Of a stretch of DNA of 20,000 nucleotides, positions 1 to 10,400 are shown piece after piece (the stretch's first letter is position 1; every line of letters starts with the position of its first letter). The stretch is taken from assembly GCF_001186125.1 (NCBI RefSeq), contig NW_014040345.1, forward strand, positions 92,710 through 112,709, written 5' to 3'. The notes under the pieces were generated by a model. The model was not told the origin of the DNA, made no database searches, and saw only the letters and a list, made by a program, of their open reading frames with translations. Source of the stretch: Sphaeroforma arctica JP610 (taxonomy: Eukaryota). Position numbers and translations under genes: made by a program.

Positions 1-653
1 AATCGATCTCCGTTCTTTGAGCCCCACACAGTCACAGATGCCTCTTTCAGACTACTGCGTCAGCCTTTGCGTACGACAATACACACCAACTCTCGGGATG
101 TCCCACACGTAAGTAGTATGTCACCTCGGGGTGGCGTATGCGCCGTTGTTGTCTCATTACTATGCCAACATCGGCTAGAGATGTGCCCAAGACCGTTGCG
201 TGCTGCTCTTCTCGGCCAAGCTAACACAGTCAGGTGAATGCGACACACACCGCTGTGTGCATTTGTTGCCAGTATCGCTCACTCCGCCTTGTGAAGTAGT
301 GTGCAGTAGTTTCTCATCCGCCGTGTTGTGTGTATATGTGCATGTCATCGGAATGTATAATAGGTTCCGTGTCCCGCTGGTTGCATTCGATGTTCTTTCG
401 CACATTGTGGAGACGTGTCATTACTCCTTAGACGTAGAAGCTGTCAGTGCAAGCTCTTATACCAACAAGCACCGATGAAACACCGAATACTATATATATA
501 TATATATAACACATTGGTTAGCTACACGAATCCATACACATTCCAAACACCATTGACGGCAACACTATTATGCAGCAAAACTATACCAACAACAACACGC
601 GCTCATACACTGAATACAGGTACCATCGCATCTGACATAGACCACTCGCTTAC

Positions 654-861
654 CAAGCAACACGTCCTCTCGCATATTGTCTGTGCCTTCATGCAGCTTG
701 AGCTCGCCAATGTACTTGCTGACGGCGTTGGAATACTTGTCTGGCTCCAGGTCTTCAGGCGTGGCCTTAGGATTGATTTTTGCGTATTGCGCTAACAGGT
801 CCATGCTCAAGGATTCCCAGTGGCCTTCAATCACCCCCACGGCGTGTTCTAAACGGTTCAC
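654..861 (-). CDS. Exon 2 of the putative Bre1/RNF20-like gene; gene presumably continues toward or past the left edge
   Basis: Acceptor CCCACAG|GTG at 862/861 and donor G|GTAAGC at 654/653. In-frame join gives ...DIGTHKKKQLVLKIGFQKTELQAAETRYKMQVKK|VNRLEHAVGVIEGHWESLSMDLLAQY..., patterned like the RNF20 segment ending IVNRYWSQFDENI. Confidence 0.55.
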
Positions 862-1411
862 CTGTGGGTGAAATAAATCCATCCGATTCAAGTACCAACA
901 TGATCAGCACTCTACTAAACACTTACATCGTATTTGTAACCACATGTAATGGCCGAGGCGAATTAATTGAGAACTTCGTATTGAGTATTCGTTATAGTCG
1001 CCCCTCGTCAGCAGATGATTCATTGGATATAGTTAAACGTAAACACACAGAGTGAGCCACCAACCAACCAAATCGATGCGAACACACGGTTCGTATACTG
1101 GTGCACTTGACTGATTGTCCACAAGCGCATTTACGACTAGTGCTGCGGCAGCCCACTGCAATTCACGGTGTATCGCCTGTTCACCTATATGCGAAACTCA
1201 GAAGATTCGGAGCGAGTGTATAAAACTGATCACGTGAATAAAACTGATCACATGCAGTGTAAAAAACCGAACTACATATAGTTATTGTAAAAGCCGGATT
1301 GTACCAATGCTGTATAGCTGAATTCATCGATGGTATCATCCTATCATTGCGGCAACGTAAAGCAAGTCAAACTATTGCACCGCCATCACACACGAAGGTT
1401 GAATCAACTAC

Positions 1412-1846
1412 CTTCTTGACCTGCATCTTGTACCGTGTCTCCGCTGCCTGTAACTCAGTTTTCTGGAATCCGATCTTTAATACCAGTTGCTTTTTCTTGT
1501 GTGTGCCGATGTCTATGCCCGCCCATTCTTCTGGTTCCTCTGGGGTGGCGTCCTGGGGCATATCTTCCAGTCCAGTCACCGACCTACTACTCAGCTTGAC
1601 TCTGTCTTCGCGCTTAACACCAGGTGCACCACTTTCACTTTTAACCTCGTGATTTACATCTCTCTTTTCTGCCGTGTTTGTGCTGGTTGAATTCTTTGCG
1701 TTCTTCTTCGATGCTGTAGGTGAGCTACGCTTAGGAGAATTAGAACTACCACTCTGCGACATCATCAACGCGCGTTTGGAGGGGGGCATGTGCGAGAAGT
1801 CCGACCTCTCCCGCTTGCGAGGTGGATCGCTCCCGGTACCCTCCAT
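1412..1846 (-). CDS. Exon 1 of a putative Bre1/RNF20/RNF40-like E3 ubiquitin ligase (low-complexity basic N-terminus plus start of coiled coil)
   Basis: First ATG of ORF 1367..1870 is at 1846 (MEGTGSDPPRKRER...). There are 145 codons to a phase-0 donor AAG|GTAGTT at 1412/1411. NLS-like PPRKRER and PPSKR motifs are present. The family call rests on remembered resemblance to the RNF20 N-terminal coiled coil, not on a search. Confidence 0.6.
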
Positions 1847-3444
1847 AGCCAGTGCAGAGAACAACGCCACTCACTGCTATTGATGGCATGTACCTTGTAT
1901 AGTTATGGTGGCGCCGTATTGTGTAGATTCACATAATAATAACTGTCGGCGATGATGGCTTTCCCGTTGCACCTGACTGGAGTCTATTTTAGTTTTATTT
2001 ATTTATTACTAGCCGAACCCTGAGCTCCCGTGAGTCCTGCGTCAAGAAGGGTGTGCTTGGTCTTGCGAAGGCTATTGCACCGCCGGAGACTGTCGGCGAG
2101 GTTTGCGATGTTTGCGGACGGCAAGTCTATTCCACACTGTATAGGGCGTTTATAGGCTGGCTCCTGATATGTGGTAGGCCGGTGGTATATAAACTCTCTG
2201 GGTTGTCGGCAAGGAAAACAGAGAGTACGTAAATGGAGTCACTTGGCTTCCCATGGCTATGTTTTGCCTGAAAGAATAGATTTACGCCTTTTCGAAAAAA
2301 CGTAATATTCATCAGCAGTTCGGTATGTACTGAGGGCACCGGTTGAACTTCTTCGAGACCCCAAAGTTGTGACCTCCTTAAATTCCCGGCACTTATATTT
2401 CGGATTCAGATTTTATGTACTACTTTGGAGTACGTTTTCGCTTTCAGCGCTTTTTTTAAATAGTAGACCGGTACGATATGAATCGTGTAAATCATGAAAA
2501 CGTATAGCAAAGAATATATTTTAGCATTTTCAGTTTCTGTAGGTATTGCGACTGTGACGAATATTGTTTTACCCGCCACAGTCCACAGCTCTGCGCGGTT
2601 TTTTATATCACTGTCGTGTCAATTTTGGAATTCAGGGCAAAACCAACTATACCAAAAATTGGACCCCATGGCCCTAAATTTGTAGTGGATTGTATATAGA
2701 TGTACTCTGCTGGTCCGTGATTTTCGGTCGAGTATTCTAAGTGCACTCCCGAAGTATCGTAGAAATGGTCCAGATATTGAAATGGGTGCAATTGTCTTTT
2801 TTGAATCTTTGGGTTTCTGCGGTGGCTAGTGGATCTTGATTGGCGAGCGCAGTCTAGCACTTTTCCCTGGACACAGCTTGAGCTGGACAGATGTGTGAAC
2901 CGAATAGCGACCGATAATGCACACGTAATCTGAATATGCCAATAGCCTCCAGAAAGCGTCAACGCACTCTTACACATATCCATTACTTATAAATACAAAT
3001 AGTTAACCGGTGTTGATTAATGCAGCAGACCGGAAACCCCTACCACGCGGAGAGTCGAGTTCACAATACTCCCATGGTACGTGCATCATTTCATACTGTC
3101 AGTGTTAGTGATACCTTATTTGCGTATGTTCGTCCCTGTGTGATTATAGTGACAACTTCACTCATGTCTATATTACATGAAAAACAATTTTACCCCGACA
3201 TAATTGACGTCAGGGCAACAAATGGGGTCATTGTAAATGGAACGGTTATTTATAGATACCGCCATTCTGGACTTAAGTACAGTTGTATTCAATTCTACCT
3301 CAGAATGACGTCGACGCCACAGCTTGCAACCCCACAGGGCGAATTATTATTTGCACAGCTCACCTGAATAGTATTGTAGGGCGTTCTTTATTGGCATGAA
3401 CAATTACCACAACAGCAAGATTATTTAAAACTAACGATAAATGA

Positions 3445-3553
3445 ATATACACACAGTCACACATGTAGACACAAACACACACACGCGCGCGCACACCATA
3501 TATATATATATATATTTATACTTATATATATATATACATACATACATATACAT

Positions 3554-3601
<48 letters not shown>

Positions 3602-3655
3602 TATTATTATATATATATATATATNNNNNNNNNNNNNNNNNNNNATATATATATA
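3445..3655. repeat. Compound (CA)n/(TA)n microsatellite containing a 20-N assembly gap (3625-3644)
   Basis: Direct inspection. Confidence 0.95.
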
Positions 3656-4228
3656 GTGACGAACGCAACTAGTTTGGCAACGAGTTTGAAATACGCATGT
3701 GAATGTATTTGCGGAGATCAGTTTGTTGTAGTCATATTGTGAAAGGCTGTGATTGTCGTACTGTACGTTGTATTTCGACAAACTGTCGTTAAAGTATTTC
3801 CCTTTGTAAAGTCAAGTACGCTGGCGTTTTTGCCGGCCATTGATACTTTTGGGTTCTCATATATTTCATGTACTGTTTCCAATTATTTATGCATGTCTAA
3901 CTTCAAGTTCAATTGTTTACATTCGGGATTATACATACCCATATATTTATCATAGTTTATACTATATTTGGAGAGATTTATAACGTGCTAAGCTTTACGT
4001 ATTCGAGGAACGTAAGTGTATCTATGTGCGTAGATTATTATTCTGTATCGCGAGCAGTGATAGCTGTCATAGTTGTGCTGATCGTTGCACTGTTTAAGCT
4101 GTAAAAATATTGTCAAGTACTATTGCGTGCTTTAGACAACACTTTCCAAGTACAAACAACATGCTCGTGTGCCAGGAATTTCAACAGGGTGCTTGCACTG
4201 ACCTTTGTTTCGTTTATGTGTAATACAG

Positions 4229-4331
4229 AGTCTTAAATAAGCTCACAGTAGACAACAAGGACAGACTTATCGACCAATTGCTGGAAGTCGGCCTCTTTAA
4301 CATTGAAATCCTACAAGGCTTGGTACATCTG
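4229..4331 (+). CDS. EIF4G2: eIF4G2-like exon, start of MIF4G (VLNKLTVDNKDRLIDQLLEVGLFNIEILQGLVHL)
   Basis: Acceptor TACAG, donor GTGAGT, LNKLT motif. Begins on the third base of a split codon, so an upstream coding exon is required. Confidence 0.85.
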
Positions 4332-5243
4332 GTGAGTGGCTTGCCAACCGCATTTGCGATTCCGTTTGCCGCGTACTCGAGCACAAAGTATTGCCTCACT
4401 CGCATTTACTATTGCCTTTCCCATTCAATCGAGTGCGTCCTACCTGCAGGCGTGCGTATTTGTATATTTGCACACGCTGTACTGGCCCCTGACTTGTGCA
4501 CGGATTCTCTATTTGTCAGTCGCGGGTGCTGTTGGGGTACTAACAGGCCTTGTGAATGGTGCATCCATTGTTGTCACAGATCTTTGCCAAAGCATGCGAC
4601 GAACCACACTTCAGTCCGCTTTATGCGGACATTTGCGTCGAGCTCGCGAAGAAGGTTCCCAACTTCGATGTTTCCGATAGATCCGGGCCGGTATGTCATG
4701 AGCTATTATAACGCAATGTGGGTTTACCATTTCTCGAACCATTATCATCTGAGGCGATATGAATAATTTACCTTTTTGTATGGGATAATCCCACTTCTCG
4801 ACCCTTGTTCATCTTTATTTTCCCAAGGACCAGTACACGTGGCTTTCAAAAACCACTTACACACCACATACCCCTGATATACGCCACAGACCTTCAAGCG
4901 ATTGATTGTGAAGCGATGCGAGGAGAAGTTCTCGCGGCGGGCGGGCAATCTGAGTGAATTCGCAAAGAAAAAGGCCAATGGCGCACTCAGCGCTCAGGAT
5001 GAGGAACGCCTGTTCTTGGTCAAGCGCAAGATGCTGGGCAACATCAAGTTCATTGGCGAACTGGGCAAGCAGCGTATGATCTCAGAGAAAATCTTACATC
5101 AGTGCATCACGCAGCTCTTGGCCAAGGTACTGTATGTGTGTCTACACATGCACACTTACACCATGTAGGTGTACTAAACACACTCACACGCACGCACACA
5201 CACACACACATATANNNNNNNNNNNNNNNNNNNNACACGCACG

Positions 5244-5313
<70 letters not shown>

Positions 5314-7406
5314 CACACACACATATATATATATATATACTAGTCGACACACAGCACATGATTTAGGTGACTTGTGCACGATCTGAACAAAATTTGGAAT
5401 AACTTAAATATATATGCCTATGACCATTAGTCAACGTAGTCACACGCACTCTGCTTGCCTTGCTCAAGTGTCCTGTGTTGTCCATTTATGTCTGCCTTGT
5501 ACTTGTGTTTGATCATTTTAGGGGCTATGAATCTCCGGCTGTGATCAATTTTAGAGTCGTCACGCATTCAATAAATCTCGTCGCTTATGCGCACCTATGT
5601 TATTCATACCTACAGATGCAGCCACCAAACATCGACATCGATGATGTGGAGTGTTTGTGCAAATTGTTCGAGACAGTGGGGCTGATGCTGGACCATGAGA
5701 AGGCGGGCGAGTACATGGACACGTACTTCAAGATCATTCAAGACCTCTCCATGCAGAAGGGTCTCCCCGCACGCATCACGTATGTCAGTTATGCTACGCG
5801 GTGGTCTTTTATATATCTGTGCTATCCGTTCGTGTTGCTTATCACCCGCGGGGTATAAACCCTGTGATGTGATATTTTATATATAGAGGTTGTTGGATTC
5901 TGTTCTGAAAAATGTGGAAAAATGAACTTGAAATCCACTACACCGTGGGTGTACAACAATTTGACTCTGTGAAAGTGCGGCTAGACTAATGGGTATGGAC
6001 CTTTGGTGAGCCTTGGGTAAAGCGATTTCTACTGGACAGTGTCGTTACAGACAGTAGTGTATTTTCCTACCGAGCCTTGTTCAACCCCTGCGAGCGCGGG
6101 GTGGTCATGTTCATATCATAGTGGTTTAGATTGGGTTAAACTACATCGCATGCAGGTGCAATTTAAATCTTTATCGATATAATGTCGTTTGAGGAGTTCT
6201 TGAGCCAGCGCTTGGTTACATCAAATAACAGGTCTCCGTGTTATGTTCACGTGGCGTCTTGGTATACATCTAGTGAGTCACACCACGTGTATGCAATCGT
6301 TCTGCCTAGTTCATCTTTGCTGTGAGGTTTATGGTCTTTTATTACCGTTCATTTCAATCTTATATGAAAATTTAGTGCTCCAGAATCTGTCTAGGTGTTA
6401 GTTGTAACTTAGAATTGCTTGTGATGTATGTATTTGCTCAACACCTGAACTTCCGCACGGGCCATCGTACTGCGCACACAGGTTCATGTTGCAGGATGTG
6501 GCGGATCTGCGCGCAAACAAATGGCAACCCCGCAGGACCACCCAGGGCATGAAGACCATCAAGGACTTCCGCAAGCAGGTATGTCATGTACATGTGCAAA
6601 TTGATGGCTGATGCAAGAAAAAAGACCTATCACTTCTGTTTTAGAAGCGAAAGTGTGTATTCGTATGGATCAGCCCTTCCACCGGTGCGTTCTGATAAAA
6701 GTATGGGTCATCCGGTTTTCCATACAAGTACACACCTTGATGTCGTCTCATTACTAAACGCGTTTACTCATGGGTATGGGCTGGTATTGTTGTTAGCACC
6801 GTTGACCTCATACATTTAACGTTCTCTCGCTGTGCAGCACGGATGGGTGGAAACCAAGAACCCCAACAGCAAGGTTCGGTTTGAGAAAACTCCACAACAT
6901 CAAAATAAGCCAGGCATGAACCAGCGCGGTGGCCATGGGGGAGGCATGTATGCGGGAGGCTTGGGAGGGGTCTATGGTGGGATGCCGCCCAACAGTCAGA
7001 ACCGTCACCCCGGCAGTCAGTTCCCCAACGGACCTTTGATGTCACATAACATGAATGTGCACAACCAGAACAACAACCACGACAACGGCTCCATGTTCCG
7101 GTCCAAAGTACCGTTGCTATCCTCGCCATTAATGGAAAATGGGCAGAATCAGAGAGGCTTCAGTGGAGGCTTTATGAACCAGAACCACCAAGGTAACCAT
7201 GGCAACTACAGTCAAGGTAATCATGGCAACTACTCTGGCAACGGTTATGGGGGCGGAACTCAGCATACACACGGCGCAGACGACCTGGAGCAATTGCGCA
7301 ATCTGAAACTCCGGAAAGACACCGCTGCCAAGCAAGTATGGCCTATATGTATATGTATATATATATATATACACACACACACATATATATAAATACATAT
7401 AAATAT

Positions 7407-7453
<47 letters not shown>

Positions 7454-10400
7454 TATATGTATATTTATATTTATATATATATATACATATATATATATAT
7501 TTATACAAACAAACATGTATGCATATGCATATAGATATGCATCTAAATGTACATATTCGTACTCGTATTCGTGTACGTATACTACATGTACATATTTGTA
7601 CACGTATTCGTGTACATATACGTATACGTATACGTATGTTTATACATTTATATTTATATTCATACTTTTATTTTTACGTATATTTAATATATATATCTAT
7701 CTATATATATATGTATACATATATATACATATATATATATATATTTACATATATATATACATACATTTATATATATATACACACATATATATATATATAC
7801 ACACATATATATATATATAACGCAAAATACGTATGTTGTTCTGGCCTATATCTCTGCATGCATGGCATGTTTTCCTGCGTGAGTCATACAGCATTTGTAT
7901 CATAGACTCGATACAGCTCTGCATGAAAGCCATCACTTAATGGTTCCACAATTATCAAAACTGCGCTTCTCGTTAGCATGATGTACTATTCGGTGCTCTC
8001 ACATATGCACCTTTGCGCACTCACCACCTTACAGACGAGTTTCCGGCCGCAGAACATGCAACTGCCACAAGCCTCACAGCCCACGACACAACAGAAGAAT
8101 GTGATGCGTCCAGCTATGAGTGAACAGAAAGGACTGCCCACCACCCAGGGCGCTCGCTTTGTGGCCCCAGTGAAGGTTGTGGTGCCGAAGAAGCAGAAGA
8201 GCAGGGTAAGCAGTTGTGCGTGTAATATTGTGTGTGTGTAGGGTATGCAGTTGTGCGTGTGTTATTGTGTGTGTGTAGGGTATGCAGTTGTGCGTGTATT
8301 ATTGTGTGTGTGTAGGGTATGCAGTTGTGCGTGTATTATTGTGTGTGTAGGGTATGCAGTTGTGCGTGTATTATTGTGTGTGTGTAGGGTATGCAGTTGT
8401 GCGTGTATTATTGTGTGTGTAGGGTATGCAGTTGTGCGTGTGTAGGGTATGCAGCTGTGCGTGTATTACTGTGTAGGGTATGCAGTTGTGCGTCTATTAT
8501 TGTGTGTGGGTAGGGTATGCAGTTCTGCGTCTATTATTTTGTGTGTGTGGGGGGTGTGCATTTGTGCGTCTATTATTGTGTGTGTGGGGTGTGCAGTTGT
8601 GTGTGAATGCTGTGTGTGTTTATTGTGTGGTGTGATGATGTTGCTATTTCGCTTGTGTTTATTGATGCTTCTGGGGACGTATGTAGTGTATGGATGTTGG
8701 TTGCCATTATCTTGTTGCTTGTAAACGTTGCCAGTTGTCTTGCACAGTGTGGTGTTTAGAATTTATGTTCTTGTGTTTAGTCTGTAGCCTATACAAAGTG
8801 AAATATTTGATCTTTGGTGCTGGCTTTGTATCTGCACAATTCATTAGTGTCTTTTATGAATTTCTCCGTGTTGTCGACAAATATATATTAGTGGTACATC
8901 AGAGTCGAGTATGGTTTGAGTATGCTTGGCTTGGCAAAACTCTCATCTCTACAATACTGACAACATATTCTGCAACATAATCTCCAAACCCTAAACCATA
9001 AAATGTCAACTTTTTAAAACCTTGCATCTCAAACCTAAACCCTAAAACCGTAAATGCAGATTGATCTTGAGCGCGCAACGCGGCGGGTATACGAGGAGTA
9101 TGTGCACAACCCAGACATGGTCGAAGCACAACAGAGTATCAAAGACATGGACTCGCCCGACTTCCTCACGGACTACGTCACCATCACACTGACCCTGGCA
9201 TTTGAAGACACGGAAATCAACCAGAACAAGGCCTTTACCATGCTCAAGGGCTTGCACGCGGCTGGTACGTGGACGGAGAGTGTGTTGTGGGTGGAGTGCA
9301 CTGTACCATATGTGTGTCGCAGTGGGCCATGTGAGTGGTATAGCGTATACAGGTGGTTATCTGGTGTTTTAGCTCGAGTTTAAGGCATCATCTGGTGGCA
9401 CTTGTGGCTGATTGACCTTTTATTCGCATACTATAATATGTGTGTTCTACCATATCGGCCCATTCTTATTATAATGTTGCATGGATGTGCGTTAAGCCTC
9501 CTGGTGTACACACACAACATACATGTACGTGTCCTGTACCACGGGCATATTTCGCTAAAGCACCAACTTATTACGCTCACCCCAAGCGTATCCTGACTAT
9601 ACACTCATGCTGTACACCCACAACCTACGTCTGTGACAGAGTGCATCTCGTCTGACAATGTTAGCGCTGCCTTCAAAACGGTGCTGGATTCCATCGAGGA
9701 CCTGCGCTTGGATGCTCCCAAAATCGATCGGCTCATGGCGAATCTGAGCGTGCAACTGCTGCAGGCGAATATTATGACCTTCGCGGAGTTACTAAAGATG
9801 CTGAAAGGTATTTGTTGGCTAATTATATTATGGCTGCTGTTTTCAGCTTGTGATTCTGTTTTTATGTGCTGCTTCTTTGTACATATATCCCGTCATGTAT
9901 GTGTTTGCTGTGTGCGCAAGTTGTGTGAAAGCCTGTATAGGAGTATTTTGATATAAACTTGGTTTGCGTATGTATATTTCCAGGCGGGGTGGTACTACAC
10001 ATGCGCAGGGAGCAGATTTTTCTTTTGCCTTATGCGTACCATTGCTATGTTATATGCGTATTACCGATATGTATTTTTGTTGCATGATAAACGTATCATA
10101 CTTATGTCAAATGCTTATCCATGTCAGGTCATATGCGTACTATTGTTATGTATTTTTATATATATCATATACGTATCATTCTTATGTCCAATGCGTATCC
10201 ATGTTTGTCATATGCGTACTATTGTTATGTATTTTTACATATATTATATACGTATCATTCTTGTCAAATGTGTATCCATGTCATGTCATACGCGCATTAT
10301 TGTTATACTCGATGGCCTTCAATGTGCCAGTTGCTTCCCCACACGTTCTCTCCTCGACTGTACTTTCCCATGACTGTTGCGTTGCGTTTCCTGTTCTAAT

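Noticed and set aside
1..480. Further exons of the minus-strand gene or small independent ORFs
   Set aside because: No convincing splice-bounded, phase-compatible coding segment could be identified by eye.
2000..2400. Possible structured RNA or rRNA fragment in the GC-richer intergenic stretch
   Set aside because: No conserved rRNA, tRNA or snRNA motif recognised; more likely promoter or 5' UTR sequence.
3020..3367. ORF MQQTGNPY… as the first coding exon(s) of eIF4G2
   Set aside because: A phase-consistent join to 4229 needs an atypical GC donor (GCGAAT) and gives no similarity to the expected basic R-K-V-R-G segment before LNKLT. Left unresolved.
3431..7936. ORFs rich in YIYI/HTHT/CVCV (e.g. 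3431..3781, 5102..5386, 7338..7820)
   Set aside because: Translations of TA/CA microsatellites in introns, some spanning N gaps.
8245..8724. Cys/Val-rich repeat proteins
   Set aside because: Translation of the intronic 35-37-bp repeat; unit length is variable and mostly not a multiple of three.
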